From Trichoplax sp. H2 (lineage: Eukaryota): DNA of 61,305 nucleotides. Shown here one piece after another: positions 27,603-38,781 of the stretch (the first letter of the stretch is position 1; every line of letters begins with the position of its first letter). The translations under genes and the position numbers were made by a program. Below the pieces are notes generated by a model. It searched no databases. It was not told where the DNA came from and saw nothing but the letters and a program-made list of their open reading frames with translations. The stretch lies in the NCBI GenBank assembly GCA_003344405.1, contig NOWV01000112.1, positions 186,001 through 247,305 on the forward strand, written 5' to 3'.

Positions 27603-30600
27603 ATGCCGAGTTCTTGCCCTAAATGCGGTGGTACTGATATTGACTACGATCAAGCACGAGGAGATGCAGCTTGTACGTCGTGTGGTGCTGTTTTAGAGGA
27701 TAGTATTATCGTCTCGGAAATCAGCTTTAAGGAGAATGCTATGGGAGGTGCTAGTGTCATTGGACAGTATGTAGCTCCCGATGGTAAGTGCAATCAGTCA
27801 TAGTCATGACATGATTAGACGATCAATCGTTATTGATATCGTTAATCCCGACCATCAATTAGCTAGTTTACTTTAATATGTAATAACAACGTATAGAAAT
27901 GCAATAGCCAAAGTGATTAGTTATTGACTTGCACTTTTGATAAGGACAACGTATTGTTTCGTTGCAAAACAATCATGGAAACACGTTATATCGAAATGGT
28001 AGAATTGTCTTTAAATACTATTTTAAAGCTATTCCAATGCATGATTGTAATAGGATGGATGAACTCCTCTATACTTGTAGCTGTCTATTATAGATAATAT
28101 AATAATGACCACTGTAGAAACAGGAATGATCAGGAGATACTATACTTTTATTCTCAACATGAGACTTAGCGCATTATAAGCTTTGCTTATGGCAGTACAA
28201 AATATACAGCGTAATGTCATTTCTGTGACAAGGTATGACAGGATGAATCAACCTTTTTGCTACATTTGTTGCTATTTTTACCCATAACTTGTATTTCTTA
28301 TATTGTGATAGGTAAATCTCATGGATATGTTGACGGATTTCATGGTTTTAGCAAAGAATCGCGGGAAATAACGCTACAAAATGGTAAAACTATGTTTTTA
28401 TTACACTTGAAAATAGCATGTAAACACTGTATGCCATTACTGCGCCGTACGCAGTCCTAATAAGTGGCCGATAAGTTTATGCTGTAAAGTATTGCAAATA
28501 TTTTTCGACGTTATTCTAGAGATGTAGCTAAGTGTAACGAATAGCCAGAATAATCATACTACCTTTGCGTACTGCTGTTTATAAATTAATGAATAGAGAT
28601 AATGCTATCATTGAACTATAGGAAAGAAGAGATTGACTCAATTAGGGCAACAGCTAAAACTGAATCAGAATTGTATTGATATGGGTTATCGATTTTTTAA
28701 AATGGCTGTCAATAAGAGATTAACTAGGGGTAGAAAGACCTCTCATGTTGTTGCTGCTTGCTTATACATTGTATGTCGTGTAGAAGGTACTCCACGTATC
28801 CTTTGCCATGTTATCTTCCAGTACGATTTTCCTGAACGGAATCGATAATTATATTTTATTATATAATCTCTAGTGATTGATCTAATGAATTATCATCGTA
28901 ATCTGTTGCTTATCAATTCGTGTTGTAAACTAGCAATATAACACTGAAACTGCGTTATTGCTTTCGAGTGTTATCTCCTTAACAGTATTATTAAAATGCA
29001 TTTAGACATGCTGCTCGATTTCAGCGATATCTTACAGGTAAAGTCGATACACAAATTACAAGGACTATTTGTTAGATAACTTAGTTAATGATTGCATATG
29101 TTATAAAGTATTAAAAATATTATAAAACTAGGACCTGTCTCTGGGATTATTTTAATAATGATCTTTATTATACGCTATTTGAACCTTGGTATCATTATTG
29201 GAATTAGGTTAATGTGTACGTGCTGGGTAAAACTTACTTAAGGATCACCGCAGCCTTATCCATCAATATTCCAGCTATTGGTAAGATTGCATATTTTAGC
29301 ATAAACAAATACTCTAAATTATGTCAGTGCAATAAGATGCGAGTAGGGTCAATTAGCATGATGGTTATTTATGTTGTTTTCTTTACCTTGATTATTAAGC
29401 AATTGCTGTTACTGTTGAATACGCGTATATCTATTTGCTATTCTCATATATTAGAAATATCACATTAGTTCATATTATTATACGACGTATGAAAGCTCAT
29501 GACTAATAGTTTCGATTTTGTGACCACAGACCCTTGTTTATACATTCATCGTTTTGCAAACAAACTGGAATTTGGCGATAAAACACACGATGTATGTATG
29601 ATGGCGTTAAGATTAGTTGCTAGAATGAAACGTGATTGGATGCACCATGGTAGACGCCCATCGGGCTTATGCGGAGCTGGTAAGATATTTATAAACATAG
29701 TTTCTTTTTTACCTGCGAATGATTACTGATTCAAGATATCTTTGAATTGCGATTCCGCAAACATATGTATACTGGACAACATTAAGTGGATACAGTAGTA
29801 ACTTTACGTCTTTGGTATAATAGAATGGATGATGTTATAATAGTTGCTTTGAAAATATTGAACTACGTATATTAGCTACTTGGACTTATATTGTATCGTC
29901 AGGACTCTAAAATGATCAACTTTATTATACTTATCAGGTCTTTTAGTTTCTGCACGACTTCATGGTTATAATCGTACGAAAAAGCAGATAATCCGTGTAG
30001 TTCGAGTTTGTGAAGCTACACTTAGAAAAAGGTGATAGCCTTCTTCCCAATCATGGGCCTGTAAATTGTTCGCATATAAAGTGAAAACACTATATTGAAA
30101 GTTTGCGTATCATTTGTGCAGAGATTAGTAACTTCTGTATTCGAATTTTTCTGTAGCTTTCGTGTTTAGAAGTAACTATGCGATTATATTAAGTACTTCG
30201 TACACTTGCATTACAGACTTGGCGAGTTCGAAGAAACCCCATCGGCAAAGCTTACTATAGATGAATTTCAAAAGATAGATTTAGAAGAAGAGCAAGATCC
30301 TCCATCATTTACGCAAAGTAGAAAGCGTGCTAAACAGTTTCAGGTATAGCTTTCTATTATTGCACCAAACACCTTGTTATGGCTAGAGCGTGGCTTAGGA
30401 AGTTAAGTGTTGTAATAACAGTGCTACTTTGTTGTTTTTTCTAGGAAGATCCAGTGATATCAACGGATTTAGCAGGTACTCCATGATATTATTTACTATT
30501 TGATTATGCTAGAAATTTGAAGATATAAAATATGCGAATATAAATATGAACGTTAATTGTTTACAGGGGAAGTTCAAGCTATTCAAGAAGAGCTTGAGAA

Positions 30601-32068
30601 GGTGCTTGAAAAGAAGCGATTATTAGAAGGTTTGCAAATTTATATATTTGATATCATCGAATAACTATACTAATATTATCAAACCGATTGCCTTACTTTA
30701 TTTGTAAAGATATAGAACAGTCCAACCAAGAAGAAGAAAAGAGGGATAATATACCTGTCTTAAATTCTACTAACAGTTATTGTACAAGGCTATCAGGCCC
30801 ATTGCCAACCGTTGAAACAGTATGTGGCAGGACCCCATCTCTTGCTACACAAGAATTTAACGGTATGATACATCAAGATAATTTTTCTGTTGTCAAAAGA
30901 ATCTATAAATATGTTATTGCATATTTATAACACTGAAGTAAAATTAAATAGTATTTATTTCTAGATAAAGGCGTTGAGGAAGATCTTTCATATGTTGATG
31001 ATGATGAGATTAATGAGGTAAAATAAAAGTTGTATTAAAACATATTGGTCAAAACTTCCGATACACATTGTATTGTTAATTTAATATAATATTCTTATAA
31101 AATTCTTGTCATCAAAGTATTTGTTAGACGAAAAAGAAGTTGAAATTAAAACTAAAGTTTGGACTGAAGAAAATAAAGATTACCTAACTGCGCAATTAGG
31201 TTTGAATGCTTGCATGGCTTTATCACCTTAGGTAGCATTATGAAACTTAACTATATTGCTATTATTTGTGCTAACCTTTATAACGTAGAAAAAGCAAGTC
31301 GAATTGATAAAGATTCTAATGATAAACCTGAATCCAAAAAGGTAATTTTAAAATACTCATCAATAACGTTAAGATGACTTATTGATTGCTCGTATTTGTA
31401 AATCAAGTTATGGAATCTAGTTTTTGACCTATTACTTATTATAAATGTGAAAATTTTTGTCCTTCAGAGAAAGAGAAAATATAAAAGAAATCAACTTATT
31501 TCACCAGCAAATTCGGTTGGAGAAGCAATTGAGAAAATGCTCGCCGAGAAAAAGATATCTAGTAAAATCAATTATGAAGTATTGAGGGACTTAACGGAAA
31601 CTAACGCTTGCACCACTAGCAGCGTGGAAAAGAATTCGAACTCGGCTAACACTTCGAAAGATACAGTCAACCAGAGGTATAGTAAAAGAAATAAAATTGA
31701 TTGTTGCCTGACATTGTTTTTCTTATTTTCTATTTGTTTGTCTTCAGATCTACCTCTACTCCCGCATCATCTAGTAAGAAAATTTTAAAGGTAAGATCGT
31801 ACTTAGTGAGATTGCTAATTGATGAAGACATTTCCTGTTAATTAATCGTAGAAATGGTGAGTTTCCTGAGGAGGTCTTCTTACGCATTTATATCTAGACA
31901 ATACCTGAAGAAGTTTTGTCGAGCGATGTCACTGTAGAAACTGGACCGATTGCCTATGAAACTGGACCAATTGAATATGAAAGTGTACCTACAAATGATA
32001 ATGAAGCAACATTAACAAATGAAATTCTATATGAGTCTAACTCTGATGATTCAGATTACAGTAGTTAA
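27603..32068 (+). CDS. BRF1: TFIIIB 90-kDa subunit BRF1, 17 exons, about 586 aa
   Basis: Zn ribbon CPKC...CTSCG, cyclin folds ([62 protein letters not shown]), [11 protein letters not shown] and [12 protein letters not shown]. Exons: 27603-27783, 28312-28383, 28622-28795, 29006-29037, 29208-29280, 29530-29679, 29938-30031, 30217-30343, 30445-30475, 30567-30629, 30710-30862, 30965-31017, 31118-31199, 31289-31341, 31468-31676, 31748-31790, 31898-32068. All introns GT-AG; total 1761 nt, in frame. Confidence 0.96.
28796..29005 (+). other. U12-type (minor spliceosome) GT-AG intron, BRF1 intron 3
   Basis: 5' site GTATCCTTT; branch site TCCTTAAC at 28976-28983; no polypyrimidine tract; AG at 29004-29005. 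Splicing restores the conserved GTPH-MLLD. Confidence 0.93.
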
Positions 32069-35000
32069 CTAGCTGGTGTTTACGAATTTCGGGCAAGGTA
32101 TTTTATTTAACGTTGGTATTGTTTATTCTTGCCACCATTTTTTATCGTTCATTCGTACCTGTGTAGACAGTAATTGCAGAAAATTGCCAAGTTGGCTTAC
32201 TGCTGTTAGTTATGGAATATAGCTGTATGAAGCCATCGACTTTTAAATATTAACGACGTTTATGGATGGGTATATCTGCCTTATAGAGTTATGGTCTACC
32301 TAGCACCTTTATCTTCGTTTGATGAGGCTTCTATTGATATCCTGGTGCATCCGAAATATCGATACACGGCTCGGTCTATTTTATATTTTGTCTTTATTAC
32401 TACTAATTTTAATGAATGATTGTACAACGAAAATATTGCTCTTCCATAATGAAAAGAATGATAGTTAAAAAAAGTTTAATTTTATTAGCCGATTATATTT
32501 GTAATGTATATTATTCATATTGCAAGTTATATAATGCATGTACATCGAGTACGATTTGTATGCAATTGTAACTTTTTTATATACTGATTCTCTTTAGTAA
32601 TGATAAGAGATTTACCTGGGTCTATTTTTTTATTTTTGTACTATAGAGATATTGTATTAACTATTTTTAACAATTCAAAAGCAGCTTATATTGGAGATGT
32701 TTATTGGATATTAAACTTTAATGCCTATTTATTTCCTATTACTAAAATTATCACTTATGAGCAGTGCTGAATACGCTCGGTATTGTCTCATTAGTGAATT
32801 CTGTATAGTATCATTGCACTAACATTCTCAAGTACTTAAAATCTATCTTGAATATTACTGAATGTTCGATATCCTTTCTGATAATACCGATCATTGAGCG
32901 AAATTATTGGTATTTATGTCAAATTTGCCCTTGAAGTTGTTATTGATATGATTAAACTGGAAAATAAAGATCTTTCATAGAGAAGCTAGTTAAGAACGGA
33001 ATGTTCCTTCTAATGGTCATGTTATGTTTTCAGTTAAAGAATACAGTTGAAGTAAAGATGGGTCGAGAAAGTCCAATTAATATTATTTATAGTATTTGCT
33101 TATTATTATAAAATTATATATATATGTTTGAGTAAATACGCAAATTGTACTGCACAAATCACACGCCAATAATATACAGCAATTAATTAAGCTGTAGCTT
33201 TATTTTACGTCCGGTTTGAAATAGCACTATAGCATTTCAACTGCAGTATATGTAAGCGTTTTATTGTAGCATACTTATGAAGGTAAAATTGCATTAAATT
33301 ATATCCGATATTTTTTTATTCACGATGCCTGTATCTAAATACAGGCCATGTCTTTCTTATCCATATAGACAACCAGGGTTTCTTACGGCAGATGGATTCA
33401 TTCATACTTAGATGGTATAGTAGTATACCGGCTTATTTACTGAACAGTATATCAATACGTATACGAGTAAACAAGTAATTTCTAGTTATTTTTAACGAAT
33501 TGGCCACCAGCAGTGGATGTTTTCTGTCATGCAGGGCGTATATTTATATAATTAATCATTCATCAATTCTCCGTTGTAGTACATACGTTAAAAATACGTT
33601 AAAAATATTTTTGATTCGTTGGTTATTACCTTCAAAAGATACAGTAAACATTAGCTAGATTCGGCTTAGAAACCACATTAAATGGGAATTAGTTGTCCAT
33701 GATCCATTTTTGTCACTGTTTTCATTTTGATTTGATCAAATTTACTTATACTTTGTGAAATCAATAATGCTTAGATTTGAGTTAATCGAATGAACATAGC
33801 CAGTAGTACAGTACTGTACAGTTTAATTGCTATACAATCGTACGTACGAGTTGTTATGCCAGTATTGTAATTCGTATATGCATGCAATGATCAGTGAAGG
33901 CCTAAATCTTTACTAATTTCTTTATCGTTGGTAACATTACCCGTTGGAATCTATTTCGATGCATCGTATACGGCTGGAAAAGTTTGATAAATCCATTCAA
34001 GCCTTGCCATCTTGTATTTTAGGCTACTACTGTGTTACTATATTACTACTGACACCTTAAAACGAAACGCAATGCATTCCTAAATGTGCATGTTATTTTC
34101 AATGTTATAATGTAGATGGCATCAGCTATTTGCTTGCATAAGCGTATTTAGTTTGTTCGACAAATTTAGCTGATAGTGATCAATGTTTTCGCGTCCTGTG
34201 TAGATTTTATCCTTCGCTTATACTATACTCCTAACTGTACCGTAGGATAAAATAACAAAATTCAATAATGACGATACCGCCCCACACTCCACTCTCGGCA
34301 TCCCAGCGATGCCACCTGCAGTCGTGTGTACAACACTGTAAATAGTAAAGTGAGTCTGCTGTAAACTAGCAAGTATCACACTAAACTTTGTAATTCTGAT
34401 AGGCAAGCTCTATTCAGACTGCATACCAATGATGCCATGACCAGATTGAACGATATTAATTAGCTATCGCTGCTGTTGTTAATTAACTATCTGATCTATT
34501 AATCATTGCAAGATGATGAAAAAGGTCGGGATGCTGGAATGACAAGCAATTATAGAGCTGGTTACTAATGGGCCTGATGGAATTCCGCTGAGGGTCCAAT
34601 TTATAATCATTCATACGCCTTCCAGTATTGTGAAGATACTGCCTATTGTATTGATTTAACTCATGGAAACCAATCTTGTCAAGACGCTAAATTAGTCCTG
34701 TTTTCACTCCTGTACCACGTTGGAAAACTTTACTCTACTTTTAATTTCGGAGCAGACTGGAAAATGCTATGCATACTTTTAAGTATGCATGTGTCCGCTA
34801 TGTACTCTTGTACAGTGTCCATATTCAACTGTACTATACATGTATAGTTGACAACGACGGAATGACTACTGTATTATATACTCCGTGGATAGTGGATAGT
34901 GGATACGATAACGATGTCAGTGCCTCATTTTCACATGCTGATAATTCAGAATTTTATCAAGGGAGTGACACAGAGAGATCTGCATGTTAATGACTGCCTA

Positions 35001-35237
35001 CTAGCAGAGCAAGTGGAGTCATTTGTACTCATTTTCTACCAAAAATCTACTGTAGCAGGATTCTTGAATGGGATGAATGGAAGGCTATTAAGTTAACCAT
35101 GACGCAACTTTTCATCTTGTCGATCAATGAATCTTATTGTTTACTAAATTGATTAGCATCAGGATTTAATCCAAAGGAGGTGATAACATAATGAATGATC
35201 ATCAATTAGAGCGTAATTAAAAATGTCGCTTTGATTT

Positions 35238-35540
35238 AAAAGTGCAGACTACTTTAGTGATGAATACAAGATGTTCATCATGGTAAAATACCATGCAGCA
35301 AAGGACATGATGATCATGAACGATGGCCATCCAAGGAATCATCGCGTTAACGAAGCAACCATGACTATTTGGGACCGTATCGGCTCACTTACTTGACAAC
35401 GTTGTATTACTATATACTGCGCCATGGACTACCAACGAAGTAGTAGTCCATGACTGGACTTGAACATTATTCGACGAGACTCCCATTACTTGCCATAGTC
35501 ATAGGGTGCTCCGTGGGGAAACCGGTTCCGCCGGATTTGT
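35238..35540 (-). ncRNA. Candidate structured non-coding RNA, family not recognised
   Basis: Long closing stem 35350-35368/35495-35514, inner stem 35370-35374/35481-35485, and a perfect 10-bp hairpin 35423-35432/35443-35452. Some mismatches become G-U pairs on the minus strand. B-box-like GTTCAAGTCC (minus, 35456-35465) and T4 runs downstream. Confidence 0.4.
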
Positions 35541-37974
35541 TATTACTTATTATGATTGCCTTTTAACCGGTTATTACCGGTTATTGACGTCCAATCCACT
35601 ATTTCGTAGTAACCGTGGCACGCTCCAATACAGTACAGTACACACGCATTACCGACATAGCGTACAGTACTGTAGGCTCCAGTAGATTCTCTTCTGGTCT
35701 ACAGTACTAATACTGTATGACCGACTAGGATAGTACCAGTACTGTAACAGTATCAACGAATAATTGCTGCAGTATTTGTAAACATGGTGAATTATTTTGG
35801 GACACGAAAAGTAAACATGGTAGTAGAAGGACACAAATGGATGGATGACGATTTGGACAAGAGGGAAAAGATAAATCAATTAATCCAATGGCTTGAGATG
35901 ATGGCAGAGTGATAAATGGTATGACAGATCAGCATCAAAATCATAGACAAGCATCCAAAGTTGTATCCTCCACACCCTAGTGATGATAACACAGAACAAT
36001 CAATCATGTTCTAATTGCCATTAATCTCATCGATTGTCGCGAAGAGGCAGGAAAGCGCTATGATTCCCATTCAAATACAGCATTCTACTGGATTGCATTG
36101 AAATGATAATGAATTCATTCAAGCATCCGTACCCCGCAAGCTATTTCGCGTTGCTATTAAATGCTAAGCCAATCCAATAGTTATTGTTGTTTTGATCAAT
36201 CCGTTAGTTTTGCAGTATTGTCAAGGCGTTTAATCCATACTGTAGTAGAGTCCAGTATGTATAGGCATTTATTGGGCAATCGTCAATCCATTTTATTGCT
36301 ATGAATAATGTTGAATAGTTGTATCCCATTTATTTATTCTGCAATTATAAAGGATAAAGTGGTGTCGAAACGGGCGATGTTTATTATGTTAATGAAAGGG
36401 CTGATGGCAATCTAGCGCCTACAACTGTACTCTACACTAATAGCAGTAATATGTTACGGTTATGCACTACTTGCTGTAGTGGTGTGGTCTAGTTTATTGA
36501 ATTGTTCAAGTCCGTCCCCAGATCATGCTAGTCTATCTAGCCTTGGCAATTGTTCAAAACTCAGCGGTAGTGAAAATTAATCCAGTCCTCCTACCTTACC
36601 CATAACAGCATAACAGTGTTAATTCAATCATGACAATATTCAAAAGTCATGCAAGGCCTCCCAAAAGATGGATAAGCCAAAAATGTTAGGGTTACATAGG
36701 CACAGTGTGTCTTTCTCAGGCACAAGATCGCTTGATTTAAAATACATCCATGATCATGACTTGGGATTTTGAATCTATCTAAAGTAGAGTTCAAAGGGCG
36801 GCTGAATGGAGTCCATGCTACCTTTGTGGGTACAAACAACCGGTACACATGATACAGAGCAGTTTAATGTAAATATGGGATAGGCTAGAAGCCACTAAAA
36901 CATGAATTACTTGACTATACTGAATAGTCTAGAGCCGTCTACGTTCAGGAATGGATAGCGGTTTGCGCGCTGTCCAAGAATAGATTGCATCATCATTCAT
37001 TTTCCTCTCGAGTAGCACCGTACTGTTGTAAACTACCTGGAGAGAGATAGAGCTTTGTATCATTTACAAAGACTCCTATCCATACTAGAGTAACACGCAT
37101 GAGTCTATCCATGACTAAACATTTTTCCATTTGTTGACAGTGACAGTCGTTGCAAGTGAGAAAGAAGTATTGATTTTCGGCCTATACCGCTATATATCCA
37201 TTAATTTTTAGCCGTAGAAATCAAACGGTCCAATTCAATGTTCATCATGGACCATTGGCCACTGTAACGACAAGATTTTCAACTTGTCTTTGTTACTACA
37301 CCAACGTCCAATGTTGACGCTTGCAAAACGTCAGCATGAGTGACAAGGTGGCATGAACCTGTGTGTGGTGTTTATTTATTAATTTACGCATATTTATTTT
37401 TAATACGTGTTGTGTCCAGCCTTAGTGTTGCTCTGTATTACGCCGTCAATTGTGCAAAATAAGGCCTGAATAAGCAATCAAGGATGTCCAAGTTGATTTG
37501 TAATCCATCCTTGCTTTAGTCATTGATCGCCTATCATTACGATCGAGTAATTCACGTTCGTTTCCAGCAAGTTTTGCAGTATTGTCCATTGAATTCACCA
37601 GTTCGACACATTGCTCTTGCTACCCATCCAAGCAAGTACAATAGTCGACTGCTTAGAGGAAAAGCATGTGTATTCCACTGACTGTTTATAGTCCAATCAT
37701 GTCGATGCTTGTGTATTTTCCACATCGACTACTACGTAAAGTAAACTAATCCACTCCATCGTTCATCGTTGATGCGCTTGGAATGAACGCTACAGTATGG
37801 CAAGCCGTCATGATTGATTTCGTCAGCATGAGACACTCCTTCCATCCTTTCAGCCGGCGTACAGTACCCGCCAACATTGTACAGTACGCCTTGATGGATA
37901 GTACGGTACAGCATTGCGCCAAATGGAATGCACCAGTCAATGTACAATTTGGGGGCATTGTTGATCGGCAGGCA

Positions 37975-38160
37975 TCTAGCCAATAAGATTGTAGCTCAAG
38001 GTGGCTCTCGCCAGCTCTGATTGGTCTCTCATCGCCCTATTGTACGGCAGATGGTCGCTTGTGGTGAGTACACACTTCACTTTACCGCTACCGCTTGACC
38101 ATTATTAGAAAGGAAAAACGAATCCATACAACAACAAACGTCGCTGGCTCCTGGCACGAG
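37975..38160 (+). promoter_or_regulatory. Probable promoter and non-coding first exon of the SLC3 gene
   Basis: Two opposed CCAAT boxes (agCCAATa at about 37980, gATTGGt at about 38020) in GC-richer DNA; donor GAG|GTAATG at 38160/38161; candidate acceptor AG at 38738-38739, 42 nt before the ATG. Confidence 0.5.
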
Positions 38161-38713
38161 GTAATGGAATTTTCTTCGCCACTGTAAATCTTTGAATTTC
38201 AAGCCATTTTTTTCCTTCTTCTTATAGCGTGGATAAAGTCTTACTTCATTCTATATACAGTCATGATGAATAAGTGTTTAATGGTTATTTTATGTTGGTA
38301 GTGAGAGAGAGCAAAGGGTTGTTTTTTTATTGCAGATTGCTTATGTTGATACGCTACAGTAACTAAATCATCCTCGCCATTTTGAGTCCTCTTATTGTCT
38401 TTGACTGTACTGTATTTTTTTTCACTGTCGCTACTATTAGATTCACACGGTGTTTTGGGCGCGGAATTGTTTTTGTGGATTGTTATCACGGGTTTTTGTA
38501 AGTCCTTTGCATAGAATAGTGCTTTAAAAGCCAACTGGATACAGACCATGACAGGGTAGAGTAGAAAGTAGATAAATTGACGTTATCCTTTTTTTTCCCC
38601 CCTTGCTATTGGTATTATAGGAGAAGGATCTTCTTTCTTTCAACTGCCCTTTTAACTCAACGTTGATTGTAGACAAGTGAGTCAAGACCGGAAAAGTGTA
38701 AACTCCTTTTTTC

Positions 38714-38730
38714 GTGTGTGTGTGTGTGTG
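38714..38730. repeat. (GT)8 microsatellite
   Basis: gtgtgtgtgtgtgtgtg, immediately upstream of the candidate 3' splice site. Confidence 0.9.
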
Positions 38731-38781
38731 GTGTCTAAGACTGCGACTAACGTACAAGAGGAAAAGAAAAAAAAATCCAAA

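Noticed and set aside
34513-34591. Box C (ATGATGA) ... box D (CTGA) snoRNA-like spacing
   Set aside because: No terminal stem, no clear D' box and no exact rRNA complement that I could verify; such boxes are frequent by chance.
35502-35585. hAT-like end (TAGGGTG plus ACCGG repeats)
   Set aside because: Only a 7-bp possible partner near 35973-35979 and no target-site duplication seen; kept only as an alternative explanation for the structured element.
36481-36515. tRNA-like A box (TGGTCTAG) and B box (GTTCAAGTCC)
   Set aside because: The boxes are too close together and no cloverleaf forms.
37732-37986. Three overlapping short ORFs
   Set aside because: Explained by locally higher GC; no recognisable protein features.
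38677-38781. 35-aa N-terminal extension of the 628-aa ORF
   Set aside because: Begins at a GTG and runs through a (GT)n repeat and a probable intron end; the ATG at 38782 is the better start.
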